A stretch of DNA of 64,000 bases from assembly GCA_951406725.2 (NCBI GenBank), contig OX597819.1, positions 84,010,001 through 84,074,000 of the forward strand, written 5' to 3'. Under the pieces are notes generated by a model, which was not told where the DNA came from, ran no database searches, and saw only the letters and a list, made by a program, of their open reading frames with translations. The stretch is from Octopus vulgaris. Lineage: Eukaryota. A program made the position numbers and the translations under genes. Shown here piece after piece: positions 1-12,235 of the stretch; the first letter of the stretch is position 1; every line of letters starts with the position of its first letter.

Positions 1-194
1 ATTTTTTAGTTACCTAGAAATTATGTTAAAAACTGCCGTTCAAACCGAAAAGATCCCAAACTCGAAAAACGATGTAACACACACACACACACAAAATTAG
101 CTTATGCTTGTTTTAATAAATCGCTTGTACATATTTTCACATGTATTTGATTTGGTATTCCACTTGGTGGGGGGGGGGGGGGGTTAAATAAAAA

Positions 195-1298
195 AAAAAT
201 TATGCGTTTTAAATATGTTCACTGAGACCGACGTAAAGTCGGATAAATTGACTGAAGCTGAGATATGGGTGCACATATGCTTGTGTGTGTAGAAACAGAT
301 GAAAGTAAACTTCATCAGGAACACAAAGTAAAAAGATTACTTGATGCTGGAAGCAGAGTGTCAAAATATATTTATTACAACTGAAACTTCAAATCTGGTG
401 ACTGAGTTTCACGTCAACGATCTTCCAACGAGATTTGAATAATAAAGCAGGAAACCATTAAGAAGAATATTCTGATAACGAAAACAAAAACGAAGTTTTT
501 TAGCAGACGATGGGATGAAAATTTCATCTTTCCTCTATCTCTCCCTCCCCTCACTTTCTCTCCTCTCTTATTTTATGCCCTCATTACGTTGGCACATCGT
601 ATGCAATGACTCTAGGCTTATTGGAGAGCGGCAGCTTTTATTGCAGTCACAACAGATAAGACAAGCTACTGTGTGTAGTTCATGCTGTACATCTTTGTCT
701 CTTTAGTTGATTTCCATTATCCTCACCTTCTTTAACCTTTCGTTTGTTTCATGGGGTGTGTTGTCATCCCAAATTTTTTAAATGCTTGCAATTTCTAGTT
801 GGCAACTTATTTTGGTTAGTATTAAGTTTTGGAATTAGAAGGAGGTGGGGTAAAATGACAATAGATAAATTTTTTATTCCACAATGTATTCATAGTGGCT
901 TCATGCCGGCATAGCGTGGATTCGATCCTCAATTGCCAAATTTCACTTAACACTTCAACAGCGCTTTTCTCACAATAAAACAATAGTTTTTCTGAGAATG
1001 ACAACAGTTATACATTTCCCAGATGCCTTCGCTATGCAGAATAATGCCTTTGCCTCTCACGAACTTCCGACAACCTCTCTCACGAATCTCCAACAATCTT
1101 TCTCACCAACCTCTGCAAACCTCTCTCGCCAACCCCCAACAATCTCTCCCTCCTTCAGCTGACAGATTTTTGTATTTTTTCGTGGTGGAAAATACACCTT
1201 TTGTGGCAGTTATAACGAAATTGCTTTCTTATATCAGAGTAATAAGTGGTTTCAATAGGACATCCTTACCCCCGGGAATTACCAGGTACACCAGCTAG
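195..1298 (+). mobile_element. Helitron-like element, 3' terminus (5' boundary not resolved)
   Basis: GC-rich imperfect palindrome CCCGGGAATTACCAGG (1271-1286) followed 8 nt later by CTAG|T (1295-1299), the canonical Helitron 3' end. Internal ~21-bp tandem units at 1060-1150. No Rep/helicase coding seen. Confidence 0.5.
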
Positions 1299-1307
1299 TA
1301 TATATAT

Positions 1308-1520
1308 GTTTGTCTGTGTTTGCCCCCCACCCCCATCACTTGACAACTGATGTTGGTGTGTTTATGTCCCCATAACATTAGTGATTTGGTAAAAGAGACT
1401 GTTAGAATAAGTACTAGGCGTACAGAGAATAAGTCCTGGGGTCGATTTGTCCGACTAAAGGTGGTGCTCCAGCATGGCTGCAGTTAAATGAGTGAAACAA
1501 GTAAAAGAATAAAAGAATAA
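1308..1520 (+). mobile_element. SINE family 1, 3' half
   Basis: Matches 10625-10830: tgacaactgatgttggtgtgttt...gaataagtactagg...ggtgctccagcatggctgcag...gaaacaagtaaaagaataaaagaata tail. Confidence 0.85.
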
Positions 1521-1948
1521 TATTCATCACGGATATTAAAAAATTTTACAAAATTGTGTATTCTGTGAGTATTTTCAAAATAAGTTTTTCCTTAATTTTA
1601 TAATTTATTTTATTGCTTTGTTTTATATTAATCAGTTACAAGGGTTTCAAACTTCTCAGCAGTGATTGCAGATATATTCTGAACCAACAGAATCAGTATA
1701 TTTTACATAATACTAAAACTATGCAGCACAAAGTTTTGTCAGTGAACAGGTTGCAGTTTCAAAGCAACAAAAATATTTTGACACAAATTAAATTTAAATG
1801 TTGAAGTGAAACTAACGATTTTTGTGTGTTTTTAAATGGCTTACAAACATCTGCCACACTGCAGTTGTTAAAAATATAAACATTTTTGCATTGGGGTGTG
1901 TAAACACCCCATGTGACTAACCATGTTTGGAAAGGTCATGTGACTATC

Positions 1949-2245
1949 TGTTATATCCTTATGCCTCCAGTATCATAGTACAGTTGATAATGTTGACAAT
2001 AGATAAATAATACACAATAACAGTGTTATAACAATACAAAATAGAAACAGCAGCAGTAACAAACATGCAACGAACCAACAATCTTTTATGAACCAACAAC
2101 CAATATTTCCAACACACTACCTCAAACTGTAAGCTGTACCTGGACTTCAAACACTAAACTATGAATTATTACGTCAGACTGCTACTATTTATATGCAGTG
2201 GTCCTGTCTATTCTCGTCAAGGGGTGTCATACTCTCACCACAACA
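1949..2245 (-). mobile_element. Solo LTR (297 bp)
   Basis: TGTTATA...CACAACA termini (TG...CA, short inverted repeat), flanked by a 5-bp TSD with one mismatch (CTATC 1944-1948 / CTAAC 2246-2250). TATAAATA box on the minus strand (~2186-2193). Confidence 0.6.
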
Positions 2246-2549
2246 CTAACAAAAGGTTAAGCTAAACAGTTTAATAATATAATGTTCCATTATTGTATTT
2301 TAATGTGTGTTGAAAAGAGGACACTTTTTGTACATCTCCCTATATCTCATGTTGGGATTACGCCTGTTGGATGCAATGCACACCTTAGCTGCCGGTACAG
2401 TACAGGCCTGTTGCCAGACTTTAGTGCCTGGGGATGCTTCAGAATATTCAGGGTGAGCACTAATTTGTATTGCAGGAAGACTTTTGTAAACTGAATTTTC
2501 TAAAACTGAGGGGGCAGTGCCATCCAGTGCACTCCCTGACAATATTTGA

Positions 2550-5500
2550 ACCCAGTCACAAACTCCATTGGTGAATTCATGTATGACACGGATGAGGGTA
2601 TTACTTTTCCTGTGTACTACAGAAGGTACAAAGAGATTTTTAAAGAAGAGTATTCTGATGGGCAGGATCAAACAAAAACCTAATTGGTCCCAGCCAAGCA
2701 CGAAAAATACTGCACTTATATATTACTGAAGAGACCAGGGGAAGTCTGTTTTAAAGAAACTGTTGATACCTTTTCAAAGATTTTCAGCGAGGAAAGTTCT
2801 TTATTTTAATATACGTTGGCAATGCATGAATATTACAAAAAAAGAGGATGAAGATTTTATTACATATGCTGGAATCATTAATAGGGAAAGTGAGAAATTT
2901 AAAATTAATGAACTAACACCAGATATGTTTAAATGTTTAATTTTTGTGCAAGGTTTAACGGCAAAAAAAGACAAAAATTTGTAACTGAATTCTGACTAAA
3001 TTAGAACAGAATCAGAAGCTACAAGAAATATCTGAAGAATGCCCGAGAATAATAAACCTAAGGCGCAATACAGTACAAACTGAAGTAAGAAACTGCTCCC
3101 ATATAATGTTGGTGCAACCAAAAGTAAGAAATGAAAAGCAAAAAATTAATTCGCATGTACAATTGGTGCAGCTGAAAAAAAGTAATGAAAAGCAGAAAAC
3201 TAACCCATGTTTTGGATGTGAAGAATTACACTACAGATTCAACTGTCCTTATAAAAATCGAAAATGTTTCAAGTGTGGTCAGATAGATTAAAAAGAATCA
3301 CACTGTAAAACAAAACCTGGAAAATGGTTCAACAGAAAAAAGTCATGTAAACAGTTTAGCGGTGACAAGAAATATGAACGAGCCTCAAAGGAAATTTGTG
3401 TATGTAAAAATTAATAATACAAATGTAAAATTACAGTTAAATACAGGTTGTGACATTACTTTGATTAATGAAAACACATGGAAAAAATCAGGAAACCTAC
3501 ACTGCAGAAAACATCAATAATTGCTCATGGTGTCTCAGAGATTAAATTAATTTTCAAAGACAAAATTATTTGTAATGTTATATTTCATGGTAAGACTATA
3601 AAAGTGAAAGCTTATGTATCAAAAAATACAAGTAACATTTTTGGAACTGCTCAAGTTATGGGATTTACCCATAAAGAATTTTTGTAATAAAGTAATGAAG
3701 TCATGTGCCAGTTCAAAAACAGAGTCAGAAAATTTTTAAAAAAGAAGGGCAAGGTTGTTCCTTGATGTTTTCTCAGATGAGTTGGGTTGGTGCAATAAAT
3801 TCAAAGCCAAGTTTCAGGTGAAAGAAAATGCACTACCGGTTTTCAAACCCAAACATAACATACTGTTTGCAGCACTGGAACAGGTAAATAAAGAATTAGA
3901 CAGGCTGGAGAAAATGGGAGTGACTGAAAAGATCGATTGCTCATATTGGGCAAGTCCAACCATGAATGTTGAAAAAAAGAACAATAAAATATTTGCTTGT
4001 GCAGATTTCTCGATGGGACTAAATGACTGTTTAAAACAGTGTAATTACCCATTACCTAGTCCAGAGGAAATTTTCTCAAAACTAAATGGTAAATTGTTCT
4101 CAAAATTAGATCTTTCTGATGCCTACTTACAATTACAAATGGAAGATGAATGTTCTAAGTTACTAACAATCAATACACATAAAGGTCTCTACAAGTTTAA
4201 CTGGCTTCCATTTTGGCATAAAAGTAGCTCTTGCTATATTTCAACAAGTGATGGATATAATGCTTGCAGAGTGTGACTTCGCGATGGCCTACCTGGATGA
4301 TATATTAATGAAAAGTGAATCCCATGTTCAGCATGTAAAATTTGTGTTAAAATAAATAAGGGATTATAGCTTCACTTTGAGAAATGTGAATTCTTCTTAC
4401 CTTAAATTAAATATTCAGAACAAATCAGAAGGCAGATGTTATTAAAAATATACCCCCCTTCGACAAATATACCTTACAAGTTTTGCGGGGACTTGCAAAC
4501 TTTTATCTAATGTATATACCAAATATGCATAAGGTAAGAGCTCCACTAAAAAAAGATATAAAGTGGAACTGGTTCTGAAAATTTTCAGGTGTTTGACAAA
4601 ATTAAAAGGTATTAACATCAGATTTGTCTTTAGCACATTTCAATCCTGCAGTAGAGATTGTAGTAGTTTCAGATGCCTCTGAGTACGATATTGGAGCAGT
4701 AATGCTACATAAATATAAAGATGGTAACATGAAGACTGTGGTTCATGCCACATGTTTGCTAGAGCCTGCAAAAAAAAATTGCAACCAAATTGAAAAAGAG
4801 GCTCTAGTGATTATTTTTGCCATAAAAAAATTTCATAGATTTTTACATGGTAAAAATTTTCAACTACAAACTAATCATTGTCCTTTATGATCTATATATG
4901 GGTCGAAGAAAGGAATCCCTACTCGTACTGCTAATAGGTTGCAATGCTGGAGTACTATATTACTAAACCATGATTTTAAGATGGAGTTTACACCATCTAA
5001 GAAATTAGGATACACTGATTGTTTATCAAGACTGATTTTGAAAAATACTGACCTGTTTGAGGATACCATGATTGCTGTGTTGTGAGCGGAAAATGAAATT
5101 TAAAATGTTTTGTGTAATATCATACATGAACTACCAGTTACATTACAAGACATAAAATTAAAAGTGGAAAATGATCAATTCATTAAAAAAATGAAAGAAA
5201 TGCTGAAAACCAAAGGAGATAAAAATATGTGTTTTGCTGAACGCAACACAAATTTGAACCTATTCTTGAATTGTAACAATGTGTTGATGTATTTACAAAG
5301 AGTTGTAGTGCCAGCCACACTACAGAAATGATTACTAAAGGAATTTCACATTGGTCACTCAGGGATTTCGAGAATGAAATTGTTAATGAGAAGTTATGTG
5401 TGTTGGCCAAGAATGACTGTGACATTGAAGAACTAGTGAAAGCATGCAGGGGTTGTGCCCTAGCTGCAAAAGCACCTACCACTAAATGGCAGCCATGGCC

Positions 5501-6362
5501 AAAAACAGATATTCCATACTCCAAACTTCGTGTTGATTATGCAGGTTCATATTGCTTTGTTGTGGTGGACAGTTTTTCAAAGTGGCCTGAAGTGCATTAG
5601 TATGAAAAATCAACATCTGCAGTTACAGTAAGATTTTTACATGAATTGTTTGCCAGATATGGTATTCCTGATACCATTATACCTGATAATGGAACTCACT
5701 TTACTTCAGATGAGTTCTAAGAATTTTGTAAAAGGTTCCTTACGCCATATCATCGTAGATCAAATGGATAAGCAGAGCATTTTGTTGATACTTTTAAGAG
5801 GGCTTTAAAATAGGCGAATAATGAAGTAATGGATGACCTAGCACTTTAGCAATTTCTAAGAGTGTACCAAATAACATCTAATCTGAATACTCTGTCTGAA
5901 ATATTACCTGTGGAATTAATGTTTGCTAGAAAGATGAGATCCATCTTTGATACTGAGTAAAAGTAGTTAAATGATGAACAACAAATATACTTCAAAATTC
6001 TTCAAGATAAGCCACAAAAAAAGCTGGGAGAATGGTGTAATTATTAAAGAAATTGGAAAAATATTATTATTGGTAAAAGGAAACCTTTCGAACATAAAAG
6101 ACATAAACCAACTTGAAAAAGATGCTTGGAAGAAAGTCATGAGAGATGAAATCCCTATGGAAATATTGTATGACATGTTTGAAGTACCAAAACCCAAACA
6201 AATTGAAACTACACATTCAAGTAACAAAAAAAGGCAAAAAAAAAAAAAAAAAAAGGAATACTGGAATTAAAGCCTAAGTGTAAGGGGTATTAAACTCAGG
6301 ACATAGTTTAATTCTCAAAAAGGGGAGAAGTTATGGGAGGCTAATTCTCAAAAAAAGGGAAA
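2550..6362 (+). mobile_element. Decayed Ty3/gypsy (Mag / K02A2.6-like) LTR retrotransposon internal region, gag-pol pseudogene
   Basis: Fragments in gypsy order: gag (NSIGEFMYDTDEGITF...; FKCLIFVQGL), double Zn knuckle CFGCEELHYRFNC..CFKCGQ, protease LQLNTGCDITLI, RT (FSKLDLSDAYLQL; YLDD at ~4290), RNase H (SDASEYDIGAV; QIEKEAL..FAIKKFH), integrase HHCC (HIGHSG...CRGC) and core (VVVDSFSKWPEV; YGIPDTIIPDNG; SNGIAE). Many stops and frameshifts. Polypurine tract before 6363. Confidence 0.95.
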
Positions 6363-6643
6363 TGTTATGGAAGGATCCCAACCACCCTCACATGACCAAA
6401 GGTGGACCGACACATTTCAATAAAATAAAGAAACTGTATGAACTGTCGGCAGTTGACAGTGTTGATTGTTTGCATCAGATTACTGTGTTAGTTTAGTATC
6501 ATACCTATGTTTGGCATAGTATGGAGTATATTCTGTATGAACATATTAATTCTGTGAAAAGTTATTCTAGATAACCATATCCAAATATTTATTTGGGTAA
6601 TACTATTTCTATGCCCAATCTGCACTACAATATCGTCATAACA
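6363..6643 (+). mobile_element. LTR of the gypsy element (281 bp), followed by a PBS-like motif
   Basis: Starts TGTTATG immediately after the purine run AAAAAAAGGGAAA and ends CATAACA (perfect 7-bp inverted termini). Followed by TTAT-TGGCAATGAG (6648-6657). Confidence 0.75.
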
Positions 6644-7334
6644 TTATTGGCAATGAGATATTCAAACCTATGACATAACATTATTGCAGGAAGATTTTTG
6701 TAAACCGTATTTTCTAAATCTGAAGGTGCACCATTGAGTAGTGAGGATGCAGTGCTATCCAGAGACCCCCATTTAGAAACAGGCTTGGTACAGTAGATCC
6801 TTAGTGCTACAACTTCCATCCTAACAGCACACATGACCAACCATTGCCGACATCTCTCACTGAGCATTGCGGATATGGTCTCAGATCTTGTTCAACCTAG
6901 ATCAGTGTTGGTGAGCATGTTTTCCCTTATAGTGTCCAGATTTTAAGTACATATCACTTGTCATATTGCCAATGTTTTGTTACAATGTTTTGTTATAAAG
7001 GTAAATGCTGAGGATAAAACTTTAATAAACCTCCTGCCGGTGTTCAGTGTATTGTTTTTGTTCTTGCAAACTACAAAATATAGCCAAATTTACTGTGGTA
7101 TTTTTGTAAAGACAATATCTTTTGTGGACATGCAATTGAAAATGCCCAAGAAGACAGAAATGCATCTATCATTCTCACCAGCCACTGCTGGAATCACTTT
7201 CATCTCCCACCCAATATTTATTGTATTTTTAAACACAGCATGTCTATAAGAGATATATCTGGAGAAATACTGTAGTAAATTTGCCTATCACAATCTATTT
7301 ACATTGAACACGATGCATAAATGGCTATATATAC

Positions 7335-7400
<66 letters not shown>

Positions 7401-7814
7401 TCACACATATAAACACATACATACACAGATACACACACATACAAATAAATACCTCTACACATATATATACATGTACATAGACATACATTCTTTTTTTTTC
7501 AAAGTGGAAACCATTTTGTTGTCATAGTTATTTTTTTTTTAAAGAAAGGAACCACTGATTGGTTACCTACGTAATGAAAGCCAGATTGTCATTTAATTAT
7601 AGGCTTTAGTTTGGGAAGTAGATATGACTGAGACACAGGAGCATTGAACTAAATGTACTACATTATTTAAAGTATTTGTTCCACCCTATCCTGTTTAGAT
7701 TTAATATCATTTTCACTACGTATATACTGACCTCTCTCTGGTCAATAAATATGTCCCAATAATATAATGAAGTTATGTTAGTCAACTACATTCATTTTCT
7801 CTGAAAACTTAATT

Positions 7815-8039
7815 GAACACTTTTGTTACTGTTATTCTGTTAAAATATATTGCCCTTGTTTCAATTAATTTTGGAAATGATTAGTTTTTTGAAAATAATT
7901 ATCATGCTTAATCTGTTTTTGGGAACAAAAATTAGCACAAGATTTTGATTGATGGGTTTAATTTAGATCACTTTAAACAGGAAGATTGTATTACAGAACA
8001 AGGGGTAGTGTCAGTTGGGTTGCTATCATAATGGTTTAA
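7815..8039. mobile_element. Degenerate non-autonomous DNA transposon (piggyBac-type MITE)
   Basis: Decayed termini (ttgaacacttttgttact...tatcataatggtttaa) resembling TTAA-CCCTTT...AAAGGG-TTAA MITEs. Body resembles a common octopus repeat (from memory). Confidence 0.4.
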
Positions 8040-8059
8040 AGATTAGTTAAGAGTTGGGT

Positions 8060-8630
8060 GTTTTCTTTACTTGTTGAGTTTAGTGGAAAGGGTTGTGCTC
8101 ACAGTCTTTGCAGGTACTTAGAGACCAGTTCGTCTGACGCCTTTATCAATCCATCTAAAATGTTTCAGGTCAGTTCATGCAGGAAAATCATAAGTAAGGA
8201 AGAAGATTCCAGAGAACCAATGTTCTGAGGATGAAGAACTGGGTAGAGGGGTGGTTAGTGCAGGTATTGGATGCAACAAGGGTGATGAGAGATGTTAAGA
8301 CAAATGCACTGAGGGTGCCAAAATGATGAAGGTACAAGAACATCTAGATCAGAGGAACAGAGGCCATTATTGTACTGATAGAAAAGAACAGAAAGGAGGC
8401 AGTACACTTGTGGGACAAAGACTGGAATTTGTCAGTGGTTGATTAGCAATTGATTAAATCACCCTTCTCTGAATGTTGTCTAAGATGTGTGTATGTGTGT
8501 GTGTGTGTTTAAACACAGCATTGCATCAGATATAGGAACAGTACTCCATTGAGGGCATTTCTTGTGCCTTGTAGAGTGTTAGTATTTGTTGTGGGATGAA
8601 ATATTTTCTGGCCTTCATAAGGTCTTCAGG
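8060..8630 (-). mobile_element. LINE (L2/CR1/Jockey group) ORF2 C-terminal fragment
   Basis: Minus strand reads LMKARKYFIPQQILTLYKAQEMPSMEYCSYI* (cf. LYKAQVRPxMEYCSHIW), then decayed SLxLFYxYxNGLCS and FFxxRTxxLWN-like segments. Confidence 0.75.
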
Positions 8631-8925
8631 ACATTTTAACTTTAAGATACATAACTATTACAATAATCAACATTTTCTGGAATTGCAATTAATTATTTTT
8701 TTTTGACTCTTTCATATTAATACATTAAAAATCTTGAATGGAAATCTTGCGAGCAATTTGGATGTTTAATGTAAGCCACTTACTGTCAGGGTTTTACCAT
8801 AAGTACCTTTGTATCGGTATTGGTACTGTCAGTACTGATAATAAATAAGTTTTTTGTACATGTATCAAAAATTATAGTGATAGATATACTTAAAATATAG
8901 AATAATATGCATTTTTGTATGTATG

Positions 8926-9180
8926 AACCGCCAGAAACAGTTGTCAGACTGAAAATACCATGCCTTCTCCCCTTAGTTTTCTGTACTTTTTGTGATGCTT
9001 GTAAATTTATTTATTTTATAAATATCAACATGCTTATACATGAGTGTTCATCTGAATATTTTCAGTTTTTGCTTCTCTCTCTCTATATATATATATTCCT
9101 ATATATATTTACATATGTATATGTATGTATCTATATTATATATATATATCAAACCCAAATGCATTTATCTGCATCACTAT
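8926..9180 (+). repeat. Interspersed repeat, probably a Penelope-type terminal repeat; copy of 18670-18930 (-) and 19068-19135 (+)
   Basis: ccagaaacagttgtcagact..ataccatg..ttctccccttagttttctgta recurs at 19070-19125. The 9030-9180 segments match the reverse complement of 18672-18812. Confidence 0.65.
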
Positions 9181-9190
9181 CTCTCTCTCC

Positions 9191-9245
<55 letters not shown>

Positions 9246-10425
9246 AAACAAGTCAAGATAGAAAATGCTAAAATAATTTTTATAAAGAACATTTCAGTAC
9301 CAGTTCCGGGGTCATTTGAGACCTTTTCAACTGTAACAATTAAATATAGAAAAATTAAATTTAGAAAATTTAAAAGAAAAGTTTTTTTAAAAGAATATTT
9401 GTATAGTGTTCAAATATAAGTGGCATTTTCCTTGTTTCTGCCTTTCTCTGTCTCTCTTGTTTACTCTTGTGGGTTCAAGGTCCATGTGAATTCTTGGTAG
9501 GGAAGAAGAAGGAGGAGAAGGGGGAGAAGAGGAGGAAGAATTTGGGATTGCCTTGATTGTCGTTGGTCAGTGGTTGCTAGTAGTTCCTGCTGTTCAATTC
9601 ATGAAAATATATATATATAAACACACACAAATAGATATATCATTATCATTATTTTAATGTTCACTTTCCATGTTTGCATTCGTCAGGTGAAATCCATTGA
9701 GGCAGATTTTATATGACCAGATACTCCTCCTGTTTCCAACTCTCAGTTGTTTCCAAGTAAAGATAATATTTCCTTATGATTGGACATGTTTTCACAGATG
9801 AATGGGAAAAGAGGGATTTTGCTTGAATGATTGTGCTCGATGTCAAGATACATAATTGAACACGTACGCACACATACACATGCACAGAGACAGACCTTTT
9901 TCAGTTTCTACCAAATCTACTCACAAAGCTTGTCCAATGTACCATTTAGTGAGGATGAACTAGAAACCATGTGGCTGGGAACCAAAATTCTTAACCAAAG
10001 AACTATGTATGTATATACATGTTGACTAATAGAGAAGGTAGATTTAAGATGAAGCAGGTGAACTGGGACAATGAGCATTAGGAATGTTTGTGAAATTGAT
10101 TATCTAGAATACTCAGATGGCATACTAGAAGTTGATAGCTTTTGTGATTAAGGTGACCAAATTATCAGTGAATGCAAGTGTTCCAGAAATGATAGAAATA
10201 GGTTCATCAATAAAGAGCGTCTTCTCCCTGAAGGCCAAGTGTAGATTGTATGATGCTCATGTATGAAATACACTGCTGCATGGTAGCAAGGCATCAACCT
10301 TAGATGCAGAAGACTTGGAATAACTTGAAAGAAATAAAGTGAGTGTGCTTCACTGGGTGTGTCATGCATGTTAATATATATATAAATGATGAAATATAAC
10401 TGAACTGAGTGTAAAACTGATTATA

Positions 10426-10835
10426 GGTGCAGGATTGGCTGTGTGGTAAGTAGCTTGTTTACCAACCACATGGTTCCGGGTTCAGTCCCACTGCATGGCA
10501 CCTTGGGCAAGTGTCTTCTACTATAGCCTCGGGCTGACCATAGCCTTGTGAGTGGATTTGGTAGACGGAAACTGAAAGAAGCCCGTCGTATATATGTATA
10601 TATATGTATGCGTGTGTGTGTTTGTGTGTCTGTTTGTCCCCCTAGCATTGCTTGACAACCGATGCTGGTGTGTTTATGTCCCCGCTACGTAGCGGTTCGG
10701 CAAAAGAGACCGATAGAATAAGTACTGGGCTTACAAAAGAATAAGTCCCGGGGTCGAGTTGCTCAATTAAAGGCGGTGCTCCAGCATGGCCGCAGTCAAA
10801 TGACTGAAACAAGTAAAAGAAAAGAATAAAAAAAA
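10426..10835 (+). mobile_element. Full-length tRNA-derived SINE, family 1 (CORE-like; octopus OR/OK-type)
   Basis: Pol III A box TGGCTGTGTGG (10436-10446), B box GGTTCAGTCCC (10479-10489), CORE-like CCTTGGGCAAGT, internal (TA/TG)n, LINE-like tail ending GAAACAAGTAAAAGA. More than 10 partial copies in the window. Confidence 0.9.
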
Positions 10836-10849
10836 GGGGAATTAGATGC

Positions 10850-11030
10850 TACATGCAAGAGAGGAGACTGTTACAGTATAGGCATATGACCTGGATAGAG
10901 GGTGGCAGTAGCCAAACATTCAATGTAAATGGTACCTGTGAGAGAGGGATACTGATGAAGACTTGGGATGAGATAGCATAAAAATGATCTTCAGATATTA
11001 CATCAGATGTAGGAGCTAATAGTCGACTGG
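10850..11030 (+). mobile_element. RTE LINE ORF C-terminal fragment
   Basis: MQERRLLQYRHM...VNGTCERGILMKTWDEIA*NDLQ (cf. RTE ERRLRWYGHV...EGTCGRGRPRKTWDEVVKHDL). Confidence 0.7.
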
Positions 11031-11366
11031 GTTGACTGGCAATATACATGTTACAATCAGAAAATGCAATATCCCTTGCAAGCTTGGTGAAATACTCAAT
11101 TAAAATAGTGGGACAGTGCACACACCATCCCTTGCCTATTGTATGGTGTATGCATCTCTATGTCCTACTTACCCTTCCTCCTGTATTCTATGCAGGGAGA
11201 GGGAGTGTGTGCGCAATTGAAACACAGTCATCTAGATCCCTCCCTTTGCTTGATTCCTGAGTGAAAATCATAAAAGGTAGTAACATGACTATTCTATATC
11301 TTCACATTCCCCTACCATCTATTCTCTTACCTGCTACAACTATTCTACCCCACCACACACACACAC

Positions 11367-11616
11367 ACACAAGCTGATTCAAAAGTTTCTTTAGCATTAA
11401 CATTATATAAATAATAATTTTTCCATTTTTTAAAATAATCTTTAATACTATCTTAGATATTTTGTTGTAAATATCTTTTCATATCATACACAGACACAAG
11501 CTGATTCAGAAGTTTTTTTAGCTTTAACATTATATATATATAATTGTAACTTTTCATCCTATTTACAATCTTTAATACAATCTTAGATATTTTGTTGTAA
11601 ATATCTTTTCATATCA
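11367..11616 (+). repeat. Local tandem duplication (2 x ~120-125 bp)
   Basis: 11367-11486 and 11494-11616 both read acacaagctgattca.aagttt.tttagc.ttaacattatata...atcttagatattttgttgtaaatatcttttcatatca. Confidence 0.9.
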
Positions 11617-11684
11617 CTTACGTATGCACAAACACACACACACACACTGGAAACATATATATTTATATGTATACACACACACAC

Positions 11685-11723
<39 letters not shown>

Positions 11724-12079
11724 GAAAATGTTAGGGTAGTGACAAGAAGAGCAATTGGCCATAGAAAATCTATCTCAATAAATGCTGTCTGATCCATGAA
11801 CACATGGAAGTGTGGATATTAAAATGATGATGATGATGATATATTGTCTTATATATTATAGAAAAATGTCATTATCAAAAGAGAGCATAATCATTGTCCT
11901 AAAAATGGCAAAGTACAAAAAGTCAATTGTCCAAAGTTCAAAGTGTGTGGAAACACATTTTGAATTGAGATTCTCCAAGCCTTACCAATATTCATGAATC
12001 TTTCAAATGATTTAAAGCTACATGTTCAGTTGAAGACCTGTCTAGGTATGGAAGGCCAAAACATCTGAGTAACATACGG

Positions 12080-12235
12080 CCATCTGGACCCATCCAGCTA
12101 CTTGACTTTCAACTCAAAATCAAATCAAATCATAAAAAGAGGAAACATCAAAACCAAATTTTACAAGAAAGCCACCTGCAGAAATCTTTTCATTCAGTAT
12201 AGATCAGCCCTCCCTATCAGTGTTAAGGCTGGGTA
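12080..12235 (+). mobile_element. Penelope-like element RT C-terminal fragment
   Basis: LLDFQLKI...GNIKTKFYKKATCRNLFIQYRSALPISVK (cf. PLE FLD...YRKPT..xLFxHxxSAxPxxxK). Confidence 0.6.

Noticed and set aside
2282-2467. Minus-strand ORF 2300-2701 and ORF 6625-6867 as a host gene split by the gypsy element
   Set aside because: The shared peptide (LENxVYKxLPAI) just reflects the DNA duplication. No recognisable domain or splice signals, and only vague resemblance to decayed pol.
10426-10500. tRNA-like sequences (also 29190-29263 on the minus strand)
   Set aside because: A/B boxes continue into SINE bodies and tails with TSDs. These are SINE heads, not tRNA genes.
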